From: Candidatus Phycocordibacter aenigmaticus
GTDB lineage: Bacteria; Patescibacteriota; Minisyncoccia; Phycocordibacterales; Phycocordibacteraceae
Reading direction: 5' to 3'
Assembly: GCA_045401115.1 (NCBI GenBank)
Contig: CP174359.1
Coordinates: 547,247-611,246, forward strand
DNA length: 64,000 bases
Of this stretch, positions 55,293 through 64,000 are shown piece by piece. The translations under genes were made by a program, and so were the position numbers. Position 1 is the first letter of the stretch. The number at the start of each line of letters is the position of its first letter. The notes under the pieces were generated by a model, which did not search any database, was not told the DNA's origin, and worked only from the letters and a program-made list of their open reading frames with translations.

Positions 55293-56288
55293 ATGCTTGG
55301 ACAGAAAATAGCCATGTACATAAACATCTTTTTGTTTATCGTATTGATACTTGTGCTTGTAAGTATATTTTTGCGTTGGAACGCAGTGCCTTTTTCGGTA
55401 AGTCCGCTCTCGCGGGAACATTTTGTTGCCACGGAATCAGAACAATTAGCATTATTTTATGAGCTTGAGCCGGGAGATGAGGTAGTGGATGAGTACCCGT
55501 GGCTGCCCAAGACGGCGCGGCAAACTATAACCAAAGATGGGTTTAATGAACGTTTCGAATACACAGTAAAAAAACCAAAAGATGTGTTCCGCATCATGAC
55601 GCTGGGCGATTCATTCACGTACGGTATGTATGTAAACACTGAAGAGAACTATTCTGAGCAACTTGAGGATATGCTTAATAACTCATGCCGAAGTGATGGA
55701 CAACGGTTTGAAGTAATAAACGCGGGAGTACCCGGCTATGACGTTGCGTATACAAGTGAACGTCTTAAAAACAGAGGAGCTCAGTATGAACCGGATCTTT
55801 TTGTGTGGTACTTAAACAATCCATTCCATAAATGGAACGAGATTGTTATACACCTAAACAACGAATGTGCTAACAACACCCCTGAGGAAGAATACAACAG
55901 TGTGCAGCCTGATGGGTCTGTAATACATACCTGCTCTATCCAGGTAGGACAGGAACTGGAAAAACGTAAAAGTTTTCAGGACATCATTGACTACCAGTCG
56001 GGTTATTTATTGACTACGATTGATGCGATAGCCGGCCAGTGGGTATTATTTGCCGATATTCAAACACATAGAGAAAACAATGAACTGCTTAACGAGGTTG
56101 CAGCACAGAACGATCGAGTTTATTTTCTTGAAGACCCGGTTGATATATACAGCGACACACGCTATCGAATCCCCGACGGACATCCGAGCCCTGCCGGCCA
56201 CGTAAAAATAGCTGAGGACATTTTCAACTATCTTACTGACAATAGACTTATTGCGTGTGATACGTCTGGTGCACAACGTTACGATTAA
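55293..56288 (+). CDS. SGNH/GDSL hydrolase with N-terminal TM anchor
   Basis: 331 aa; block I GDSFTYG (catalytic Ser); block III GVPG; C-terminal DGHP (Asp/His). Confidence 0.7.
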   Translation: MLGQKIAMYINIFLFIVLILVLVSIFLRWNAVPFSVSPLSREHFVATESEQLALFYELEPGDEVVDEYPWLPKTARQTITKDGFNERFEYTVKKPKDVFRIMTLGDSFTYGMYVNTEENYSEQLEDMLNNSCRSDGQRFEVINAGVPGYDVAYTSERLKNRGAQYEPDLFVWYLNNPFHKWNEIVIHLNNECANNTPEEEYNSVQPDGSVIHTCSIQVGQELEKRKSFQDIIDYQSGYLLTTIDAIAGQWVLFADIQTHRENNELLNEVAAQNDRVYFLEDPVDIYSDTRYRIPDGHPSPAGHVKIAEDIFNYLTDNRLIACDTSGAQRYD

Positions 56289-56414
56289 TTCTTCAACTCA
56301 ATGCATGTAACCGGTAATAGTACCTAACAGTGCGCAATAGCAATCTGCCGCCACCCTAGATCAAGCTGTATAAAAGAGCTCCAAAATACATAATACACAT
56401 GGCATACTGGTAAT

Positions 56415-57719
56415 ATGAAAAGCAATAAACATACACTATATATATCTACTGTGTTATTAGGTCTCTTTGTTTTTACTATTCCTTTTACTACACACGCACA
56501 AGAATACTACGAGTGCCAAGTTTCAGTTAAAGCATCAATGCGCGATGACGTTACGTGTCGTGATTATTTAAATTTTACACATCGTTGTCAGATTTATGAC
56601 AAAAAATACTCAGGCTCTGGTGTGCCTAACTTTTGTTCTAGCGAGTGTCTGAATAGAAGCGACATACCCCGTGTGTGTGCAGATGTTATTGTACAGCGCT
56701 CAAATAACCCAGAGGCACATGAAAAAAGAAATGCTATAGAAAAAGAAGGTAAGGATCAAATAGAGGACCAACTTGGTGTTGATATTGATCAGTTCATGGG
56801 CACCGATATTGAAAAAGAAGTTCGTAACAGATTAGAGGGAATAGAAAACGAAATCAATACTGAGGACGGTATTGATTCTGGCGAGATTCAATACATTACC
56901 AAAAGAATAGTAGCAGTTATAAGAGATATTTTGGGAGAAAAAGTAGGGGGTGTAATTACCGGAACAAAAGAAAAAATTGGAAATTTTGGAAATACAATAA
57001 AAAATAATATACCGATAATTGGAAACGCTGGAGACGATGAACTCACAGAGGAGGATTTTGAAGACCACAGCATAGAGGCAACTGGTTTTAATGAATTTCG
57101 TACAGAAAAGTGGCCGGATGACGATGGCACAAAAATAGCCAAAATAGTTGATCCATACGGCATTGAACGGTATACATCCGATGGAAAACATTTTTATGAT
57201 AACGCATATGATGCTGCGCATTCACAGGAAGGTTTCAGTAATATGGTGAACACCGTTGGCGACGCATGGGAAGGATTCACTGGTATATTCTCATTCCGCA
57301 CAAAATTGAAAGATGGAGATAAAGAACTTCAAAGAGAAATTGCTCGTGAAGTTTTAAACGATGCACAAAACCAACGAGAAAAAGATATTGAGAAGGCATA
57401 TGAAAAACTGAGTGGCCAAATAAAAACACCGACACTTGGCAACGTGCCTGCAAAGGCAGTTATTGAGGTTGCAAAAGAAGCAAGTGCAACTGATTTTGCC
57501 GGAGGAGCGCTACTTTATATTGAACAAAGAGAAGAAGGGAAATCTCCAGCAACTATAAAAACAAATCTCTCAGAAGAACTTTCTGAAGGGTACGGCACTT
57601 TTGGTAGAGGAGTCTCGCTTTCTACAACAAACAAAGATGCACCGGCAGTGTTGTTTGCGCGGTACGAAGAGACATATCAGCGCTACTTGCTCGCAAAAGA
57701 GTTTGGACGAAAAGAGTAA
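56415..57719 (+). CDS. hypothetical secreted protein
   Basis: 434 aa; signal peptide ending THAQE; Cys-rich first 80 aa; acidic, Glu/Lys-rich remainder; no recognised domain. Confidence 0.45.
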   Translation: MKSNKHTLYISTVLLGLFVFTIPFTTHAQEYYECQVSVKASMRDDVTCRDYLNFTHRCQIYDKKYSGSGVPNFCSSECLNRSDIPRVCADVIVQRSNNPEAHEKRNAIEKEGKDQIEDQLGVDIDQFMGTDIEKEVRNRLEGIENEINTEDGIDSGEIQYITKRIVAVIRDILGEKVGGVITGTKEKIGNFGNTIKNNIPIIGNAGDDELTEEDFEDHSIEATGFNEFRTEKWPDDDGTKIAKIVDPYGIERYTSDGKHFYDNAYDAAHSQEGFSNMVNTVGDAWEGFTGIFSFRTKLKDGDKELQREIAREVLNDAQNQREKDIEKAYEKLSGQIKTPTLGNVPAKAVIEVAKEASATDFAGGALLYIEQREEGKSPATIKTNLSEELSEGYGTFGRGVSLSTTNKDAPAVLFARYEETYQRYLLAKEFGRKE

Positions 57720-57746
57720 TATCCAACACCGCTAACGCGGCGATAC

Positions 57747-58154
57747 TTACGAGAGCAACCATGTTCCAATAAGGTAACTGATCGTAGCGACTGAACCACT
57801 GAGCACTGCGCCCCACGCCATATCAACCACTGTCACTAAAATAGGCCAATCTTTTACCACCGCTAAGTTTGTGAGGTCGTACGTTGCGTACGCAATAAAC
57901 CCAAAGAACGCCCCAAGCATCACGGCGCGCATCAGTGAACCAGATTCAAGCGCCGGGAGTACCGCAAATACCAAAATACCAACAATAAACAGTAGGTAGA
58001 ACACTATTGCTGCTACCCAATTCACCTCCCCCATTAAAAAACCAATTTGATTGCTATAGAAGTTTTTTGCAATCACTCCCAACCACACCATGTCGATAAG
58101 AAAAAATACCGGGATCGTGAGCGCGTAGAGTGAGATAATTTGTATGATAGTCAT
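57747..58154 (-). CDS. hypothetical polytopic membrane protein (DUF2177-like)
   Basis: 135 aa; four TM helices. Confidence 0.4.
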   Translation of the reverse strand: MTIIQIISLYALTIPVFFLIDMVWLGVIAKNFYSNQIGFLMGEVNWVAAIVFYLLFIVGILVFAVLPALESGSLMRAVMLGAFFGFIAYATYDLTNLAVVKDWPILVTVVDMAWGAVLSGSVATISYLIGTWLLS

Positions 58155-58231
58155 ATAAATACTATAGCAAACAAACCAAGCCGCTTTTATTTTTTAGATA
58201 CTACGTAAAAAATTAAGGCAATACTTATGCA

Positions 58232-58426
58232 TTACTCCTTATCTTTCTTCTTCTTTGCGCTTGTATACATAGCAACCCCGATAGCGACGCCGATGGCAAT
58301 ACCTACACCAACATTATCCATACCTACTCCCAACAGAACGCCGATAGCAATCCAAACACCGAGTAGTGATTCAGGTTTTTGCATCTGCTTTTTCTCCCAT
58401 ATGTAAAACTTTTTTAAAAAATTCAT
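58232..58426 (-). CDS. small membrane protein with GxxxG repeats
   Basis: 64 aa; GVGIAIGVAIGVA motif; Lys-rich tail. Confidence 0.3.
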   Translation of the reverse strand: MNFLKKFYIWEKKQMQKPESLLGVWIAIGVLLGVGMDNVGVGIAIGVAIGVAMYTSAKKKKDKE

Positions 58427-58539
58427 ACACTGAGTATAGCAAAGATTGAGGGTTGAAGTTGGCGATTAGGAATCTTACTACTGACTCGTTACATAATTAT
58501 TTAATTGCTTTTTGGTAAATTATAGTAAGATTAATTTAT

Positions 58540-59190
58540 ATGAATTCCGAAAGACCTGATGACCTTGAAGGCAGTAATGATGAAAGAACTCAATCTGGCC
58601 GACTCACTACGCATAAGAAGGTTATAGAAAAGAACCCCGGAGAAGATAAGGAGAAAGCGCCTGCTTCAATAGAAGAAGCACAACCTGAAGATGCCCGATC
58701 AATCACAACACTTCTGTATAAAACGTGGATGGATACTTATCCAAACGAAGAGTTAGGGATTACTGAAGAACAAATAGAGGAATATTTTGCTCATCGTCTT
58801 TCAGAGGAAGGGATACAGAGTATGGCAAGAGGTATTGAACGGATACCGCCAAATACAAAAATGTATGTAGTGAAAGTTGATAATGAAATAGTTGGTGTGG
58901 CTCGTGGTGCAACCTATGATGACAACAATACATTACACTCACTTTACATAGATCCTGACCATCAAGATAAATCTCTTGGGTATCTTTTGTTTTCAAAAAT
59001 ACAAACAAGCTTAGATAGCAGTAAAGATACATACCTTGGTGTCGCAACATATAATCAGAAAGCTATTGATTTCTATACACGACAAGGTTTTGTACCAACA
59101 GGAAAAGTAAAGGAATATAAAAAACCTCCACACATTCCAGAAATGGAAATGGTGCTGAAAGCTGACGCTAGTCAAGAGACTGAAGAGTGA
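58540..59190 (+). CDS. GNAT family N-acetyltransferase
   Basis: 216 aa; motif A HQDKSLGYLLF; C-terminal NQKAIDFYTRQGF. Confidence 0.65.
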   Translation: MNSERPDDLEGSNDERTQSGRLTTHKKVIEKNPGEDKEKAPASIEEAQPEDARSITTLLYKTWMDTYPNEELGITEEQIEEYFAHRLSEEGIQSMARGIERIPPNTKMYVVKVDNEIVGVARGATYDDNNTLHSLYIDPDHQDKSLGYLLFSKIQTSLDSSKDTYLGVATYNQKAIDFYTRQGFVPTGKVKEYKKPPHIPEMEMVLKADASQETEE

Positions 59191-59324
59191 GGTTTCCGCG
59201 ACCAAGAATCTTACTTAAGTACGAAAGTTGGCAGTGGATGTCTTGTGATAGGGAGTAAACAGTGTAAAATAATTTTCCACATTAGGGATAATTTGGGTAC
59301 TTATTTTTGATATAATACGTTTAT

Positions 59325-59627
59325 ATGGCAGATGCACGTACGTATCGTGATAGAGCTGAATATCTAAAGAAAGCAGTTACAGAACGAAGAAGAAAGTTGC
59401 GACGAATGGCTATTGAATATGGTGGCGGTAAATGTAATTTATGTGGGTATAAAAAATCCATCTATGCACTCACCTTTCATCACAGAGATCCAACTCAAAA
59501 AGATTTTGGGCTATCCGCTCGCGGCCTTACACGTTCCTGGGAGAAGATTAAGAAGGAAATTGATAAATGCACTTTGCTTTGCGCAAATTGCCATGCAGAG
59601 GTGCATGAAGGGCTTGTAGAGATGTAA
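59325..59627 (+). CDS. HNH endonuclease
   Basis: 100 aa; CxxC...HH...N...CxxCH pattern (CNLCGY..FHHRD..CANCHAEVH). Confidence 0.8.
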   Translation: MADARTYRDRAEYLKKAVTERRRKLRRMAIEYGGGKCNLCGYKKSIYALTFHHRDPTQKDFGLSARGLTRSWEKIKKEIDKCTLLCANCHAEVHEGLVEM

Positions 59628-59667
59628 AACCATCCCCACTACTCCCTACTAATTGGGTCGAAATTAA

Positions 59668-60513
59668 CTACCTTAATATGTTTAAGAATTCTTCCTGGGC
59701 TTGAGTTGCATCTCGAAGTATATTTTCTAGAAAATCACCATAGGCACTAAAAGATTTATTGAGGTAAGGTATTGGGTTTTGTGTTGGGTTTGGATACCTA
59801 TCTAGAAAATCTCCAACGGGGGCTTGGCTACCCGCATAAAGTATCGTCAAACCAACCTGCGAATACTTTTCTCGCAGGTTCATAAATTTTTGCATTTTAT
59901 TCTGATCTAATTGATCTAGTAGCCTACCAAGATTTACCCCCACAATCATCTCAGTGCAATCAAGTAAGAGTCTAAAATTATCATGTAAACTTTTAGTTTT
60001 AAACTTAAACCACCTATGGGCATAAGTTTGTTGGAACTGCTCCCATGTATACAAATAAATATTAGTATTTTGGGCAGAAGCTATGGCTCCTGGCTGAAAA
60101 CCTTGAGAAGAGATTATAATTCCAAAATTTACCCCGACATCATGTATAACTGTTCTTAAGTCAGCAACAACTGATCTTGAAACTGGGCGTTGCCAATTTT
60201 TGCATTCGCAAATATAAATTGTATTAGGTTCAGAAGATATATCTGTCGCACACACATCTACCTGCACAGGCCCTCGAACCGTTTGTAAATTTTTTGAATG
60301 TTCAGTTTCATATCCAATATCTAAAAATACTTGTGAAACTTTCATCTCTAAATCTAACCAATCTTTTATTGGCTCAAAGAAAATCATATAAAAATTGTAG
60401 CATTGCAATTTTAATTCTGTCTTTTGCACTATTTTTCTTTGCTCCGCGAGTAACTCAGGTTGCCCGCGGTCGCATCCTCGGAAATGAAAAAGCCCCCAGA
60501 AGGGGCTATTCAT
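59668..60513 (-). CDS. Mrr-like restriction endonuclease domain protein
   Basis: 281 aa; PD-(D/E)xK core VDVCATD...IYICECKNW followed by GIIISSQGFQPGAIASAQNTNIYL, typical of the Mrr_cat family. Confidence 0.65.
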   Translation of the reverse strand: MNSPFWGLFHFRGCDRGQPELLAEQRKIVQKTELKLQCYNFYMIFFEPIKDWLDLEMKVSQVFLDIGYETEHSKNLQTVRGPVQVDVCATDISSEPNTIYICECKNWQRPVSRSVVADLRTVIHDVGVNFGIIISSQGFQPGAIASAQNTNIYLYTWEQFQQTYAHRWFKFKTKSLHDNFRLLLDCTEMIVGVNLGRLLDQLDQNKMQKFMNLREKYSQVGLTILYAGSQAPVGDFLDRYPNPTQNPIPYLNKSFSAYGDFLENILRDATQAQEEFLNILR

Positions 60514-60615
60514 TTCACTCGTATGCTCCGCATGCTGAACGAAGTTAGAACCTGCATCTAGGGGTTAATTGACTCAGAAATCGATGTGATTGGAGTAATT
60601 TGGTAAGATATAGAT

Positions 60616-61527
60616 ATGAGTCAGGTAAATTCAATTCCGTTCACAAATGATTCTCAAGCCAGATGGAAATTGGCGGAGCATATAAATACAGAAATCAAAC
60701 CGCCCAAGCAACTTTTGAAATGGGTTGGAAATAAACAGAGATACGCAACACAAATAGTCTCTCAATTCCCACACGAATATAATCGATACATAGAACCATT
60801 TGTTGGATCTGGGGCTATTCTGGCAACTGTAGCGCCCAAAAAAGGTATTGCCGGAGATACAATGTCACCTCTAATCGAAATGTGGGATCTGTTGAAGAAC
60901 GACCCAGAGTCGATCTACAAGCACTATGAAGATTTGTGGCAACAATTCCAACAAGAAGACAGAAAAACTGTATATAAAAAACTACTTGATTCATACAACG
61001 ATAACCCGAACCCTTTGGATTTAGTGTTTATTACAAGAAGCTGTTATGGAGGAATTGTACGATTCACAAAACAAGGTCGGATGAGCACTCCTCTCGGACC
61101 CCATAATCCAATTTCACCAGAATCGTTCTACGAACGTATGTATCTATGGAGACAGAGAATCCAAAATACAGATTTCTACAATAAATCATTCGAAGAGCTT
61201 ATAGGCATGGCTAAAGAGAATGATGTTGTCTATTGTGATCCGCCATACGTAGATTCACAAAGTATCTTATATGGTGCTCAGGCATTTGATATTAAGAAAA
61301 TGTGGGAAGAAATTGCTAAAGCAAAAAAACGGGGAGCATTCGTTGCTGTTTCTATTGATGGGAAGAAAAAATCTGGAAATAAAACAATAGAACTCGATAT
61401 ACCTGAGGGACTATTTGAGAAAGAAGTCTTTATAGAACTTGGATCTTCAATGCTTCGTCGCTTCCAAAAGAAAGATCAAACAATGGAAGGAGAAGATGTG
61501 CACGATAGACTTCTAATCACAAGTTAG
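60616..61527 (+). CDS. Dam-like (D12 class) N6-adenine DNA methyltransferase
   Basis: 303 aa; N-terminal LKWVGNKQR and EPFVGSGAI (SAM binding); catalytic DPPY. Confidence 0.85.
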   Translation: MSQVNSIPFTNDSQARWKLAEHINTEIKPPKQLLKWVGNKQRYATQIVSQFPHEYNRYIEPFVGSGAILATVAPKKGIAGDTMSPLIEMWDLLKNDPESIYKHYEDLWQQFQQEDRKTVYKKLLDSYNDNPNPLDLVFITRSCYGGIVRFTKQGRMSTPLGPHNPISPESFYERMYLWRQRIQNTDFYNKSFEELIGMAKENDVVYCDPPYVDSQSILYGAQAFDIKKMWEEIAKAKKRGAFVAVSIDGKKKSGNKTIELDIPEGLFEKEVFIELGSSMLRRFQKKDQTMEGEDVHDRLLITS

Positions 61528-62349
61528 TTATTTCCAAGATCTTACAATTTTAGACCACCTATCTAAAATTTCTTTACCAAAAATAACTTCATCTACAAAA
61601 CCAGCATGCATCATGTCGACCATTCTACATAGATATGATTTACCGCAACTCCACCATGTGTAGTAGTCATCAACGATTAGATAATGTCCGACCTTGATGT
61701 CATCAGAAGATCGAAGATCATCAAGCTCGTAGCCATCAAGCAGAGTTTCATAAACACCATCAGCGACACGACTCCCAAACGTGGTTGTACCATAGTATTC
61801 CTTAATCTCCCATATTGCCCTTGGATTTGTAGTCGAGGGATATGCACCATCAACCCTCCTACTTAGCGTTTGTATAGGACTATCACCATTAGTAATTACT
61901 ATTAGACTTCTAGGGTCATGATCGAAATCTGCATTACCCAGAGCCTTGGCTGTGAGCATATTTACTATACCCGTTAAATAAGCATGGTGACGCTTTTCTC
62001 CTTTCTGCTTATTAAGAGGGAGAGGTACATCAATCTTTGATTCAGCTCTAAGCTTATCAAAAACTTCTTTCGCTTGATCTCTATTCATGAGGTTCTTTTC
62101 TGCATTCTTGGCAAGAAAATCTGACCTAAATTTAAAGTAATCAACCAGGTCCTGTCCCTCGTTGGTAACTTTTCCGTTTTTAATGATATGACTACCATCT
62201 AAACCAATAGTTTCTAGACATTTAACAATATCCTCAGCTGAATGCTTTTTGATTTCATCACCCTTTGAGTAGCCCAACTTCATTGAAATGAGTTTTACTT
62301 GTGCCCAGAACTTTTTAGGTTTATTAGAGAATTTCTCAGACTTTTGCAT
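61528..62349 (-). CDS. putative Type II restriction endonuclease cognate to the Dam-like MTase
   Basis: 273 aa; PD-(D/E)xK-like D...EIK segment (DGAYP...AIWEIKEY); convergent and abutting the MTase with zero gap; specificity unknown. Confidence 0.4.
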   Translation of the reverse strand: MQKSEKFSNKPKKFWAQVKLISMKLGYSKGDEIKKHSAEDIVKCLETIGLDGSHIIKNGKVTNEGQDLVDYFKFRSDFLAKNAEKNLMNRDQAKEVFDKLRAESKIDVPLPLNKQKGEKRHHAYLTGIVNMLTAKALGNADFDHDPRSLIVITNGDSPIQTLSRRVDGAYPSTTNPRAIWEIKEYYGTTTFGSRVADGVYETLLDGYELDDLRSSDDIKVGHYLIVDDYYTWWSCGKSYLCRMVDMMHAGFVDEVIFGKEILDRWSKIVRSWK

Positions 62350-62412
62350 TTACAAAGTATATCGAAAATGACCTTAAATGACCATGGAAACACAAAATGA
62401 TAAAATGGATAT

Positions 62413-63018
62413 ATGATCACAGATTTTCCTGAAGCAAAAAAACAAGCTCAAGAAGCTCTAAACAAGGTTCTTCAGAACGAGGTGCGACAAAAGACAGTGG
62501 TCGGAAACCTTGTTAACAACAGGGTTCTATATGAGGGCGACAAAATGGGAGTTGTGCAAGAAGACGGCAAACATGAAGTGAGTGATCTTCAACATGCTGA
62601 AAGTAGCTTTACTGTTGAACATAAGGAAATTCCTGAAATGACAGGAGGAAAGCTATTAGAAAAGGTTGATGCTGTTTCGGAAGAAATGGTAAGCCAGATG
62701 GAAAGAGGTCTGTTAAATACAATGTTTGAAGCAACAGAAAAAAGTGGAAATGTCATCAAGTCAGATGGCGAGTTTTCACAAGAAATGATGCTTGCCATGC
62801 TCGAAAAGTTACCAGCCGAGTTTGAAGATGATGATCGTAACAAACCTATCAGACCGTTCATGGTGGTTAGCCCTGAACAAAGTAAGAAAATAAAACAGCT
62901 TATGGAAGCAGAGACCGAAGAAGACAGACAAGCTTTTCACGAAAAAGAGAAAGTTATCCTTGATAGAAAATACAAGGAATATATGGATGACGTTAATTCA
63001 AGAAAGATTGTTGATTAG
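62413..63018 (+). CDS. hypothetical acidic protein
   Basis: 201 aa; no recognised domain. Confidence 0.4.
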   Translation: MITDFPEAKKQAQEALNKVLQNEVRQKTVVGNLVNNRVLYEGDKMGVVQEDGKHEVSDLQHAESSFTVEHKEIPEMTGGKLLEKVDAVSEEMVSQMERGLLNTMFEATEKSGNVIKSDGEFSQEMMLAMLEKLPAEFEDDDRNKPIRPFMVVSPEQSKKIKQLMEAETEEDRQAFHEKEKVILDRKYKEYMDDVNSRKIVD

Positions 63019-63021
63019 TAT

Positions 63022-64000
63022 ATGGAAAAAGAAACCCAAGAAATAAATAAGTATCGTGATCCTTTCCTCCAAAGAGCTGTTGAACACTGGCTGGATTTAT
63101 CAAACGAACTTGGATATCAACCCTTGTTTTGTGAATGGCTGACAACTCGTGGGTACGTTCTTAAATACTCCATAAAAGACACAAGTTTTGAGCAAGGTAA
63201 AGATGTTGTGGCTGTATCACCCGACGGCGTAGCACATGGATATCAACTTAAGGGTGGAAACATAAGTCTTAAACGATGGAGATCAGAAGTTAAACCAGAA
63301 ATTGAGGCGTTAATAGAAATCCCAATTAAACACCCAGATATTGATGCAACAAAACCGCATGTATCCTATTTGGTTACAAATGGAGAAATAGACGACAGTG
63401 TTCGAGAAGATATCGTTGGACTAAATCAAGGACGCTGGAAAGAAACACCGCTGAAAATATACACTCGTGGAGATCTTTTAACCGGATTCCAAGATATTGC
63501 TGAGGGTATTCTTCCCAAAGATGCTGTTGCGTACAAACGCTTAATGGATTTGATATTTGCCGATGGTTCTGGTTTGCCAAACATAGGAGAAATACAATCG
63601 TTTTTGTATGGGTTGCTGAATATAGAAAATGACAAGACGCCTAAAGCTCAAAGAGGTCGAGACATTGCCGCCTCGATGCTATATCTCCAGATGATAATTG
63701 GACCCTACCGACATCGCAAAAACCATGGATCTGTTGTAAGAATTCAGACTGCGTTTATTGCCCTTATGTTTCACTTGGTTGATAAATATCAACTGGAAGA
63801 CAAGTACTGGTTGAACTCGTACAAGATTATATGGGGTGACCTACTATTGGTTGCAAAACAGCTGGAAGAAGAGATCAACAGCGAGGGATTCGAAGCTTCG
63901 TTTGTTGATGTCTTTGATGCTGATCTTATTCCATACAGGAAGCATAGTGCTGTATCGATTGTGTACCCACTTAAGCTAGCTCAACATGTAAATGACGATG
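63022..64000 (+). CDS. hypothetical protein with an N-terminal Mrr-like/PD-(D/E)xK-like segment (3' partial, runs off the window)
   Basis: ORF of more than 326 aa open to the window end; DVVAVSPDGVAHGYQLKGG resembles a restriction-endonuclease-fold core; 3 nt after the preceding gene. Confidence 0.4.
   Translation, partial: MEKETQEINKYRDPFLQRAVEHWLDLSNELGYQPLFCEWLTTRGYVLKYSIKDTSFEQGKDVVAVSPDGVAHGYQLKGGNISLKRWRSEVKPEIEALIEIPIKHPDIDATKPHVSYLVTNGEIDDSVREDIVGLNQGRWKETPLKIYTRGDLLTGFQDIAEGILPKDAVAYKRLMDLIFADGSGLPNIGEIQSFLYGLLNIENDKTPKAQRGRDIAASMLYLQMIIGPYRHRKNHGSVVRIQTAFIALMFHLVDKYQLEDKYWLNSYKIIWGDLLLVAKQLEEEINSEGFEASFVDVFDADLIPYRKHSAVSIVYPLKLAQHVNDD

Noticed and set aside
60616-62349. Assigning a GATC (DpnII/MboI-type) specificity to the Dam-like MTase and REase pair
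   Set aside because: The D12 MTase class includes enzymes with other specificities, and I do not recognise the nuclease as a DpnII-family member with confidence. Specificity left unassigned.
1-64000. CRISPR arrays, rRNA genes, transposases/IS elements and integrases
   Set aside because: No regularly spaced identical direct repeats, no rRNA-like conserved stretches, and no DDE or tyrosine-recombinase-like ORFs were seen anywhere in the window. The defense island boundaries therefore cannot be tied to a mobile-element gene from this sequence alone.

Overview
This 64-kb window is moderately AT-rich bacterial chromosome with dense, mostly co-directional genes and no obvious Shine-Dalgarno usage. 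Compact core clusters and two MreB paralogs suggest a small-genome, possibly CPR/Patescibacteria-like organism, but that is an inference. From 1 to about 34.5 kb the content is housekeeping genes: rplI, a C-terminal processing protease, corA, dnaB, recR, rplU, rmuC, a P-type ATPase, a dcw fragment (mraZ-rsmH-ftsL-ftsI-mur ligase), lysS, greA, mrdA-mreDCB, proS, rseP, frr, holB, a second mreB, murA, a PriA-like gene, def-fmt, hpf, glutaredoxin and peroxiredoxin. One tRNA-Glu(CUC) lies at 11256-11327 inside a 1.3-kb non-coding patch full of tRNA-derived fragments and palindromes. From about 34.5 to 45 kb there are small membrane and secreted hypotheticals, nucleases and Nudix genes, punctuated by a family of hairpins sharing a GGTCGGTCC loop. 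From about 45 to 64 kb there is a defense-type island. It holds a NucS-like nuclease, a Type I RM operon (hsdM-hsdS-[OLD/PARIS-like ATPase-TOPRIM nuclease]-hsdR) preceded by a tight three-gene cassette (AstE/AspA-like hydrolase, Nudix, P-loop kinase), then an SGNH hydrolase, secreted and membrane proteins, a GNAT, an HNH nuclease, an Mrr-like endonuclease, a Dam-like MTase with an adjacent putative REase, and two unknown genes, the last truncated by the window end. I found no rRNA, CRISPR array or transposase. All calls rest on motif recognition by eye; I ran no searches.
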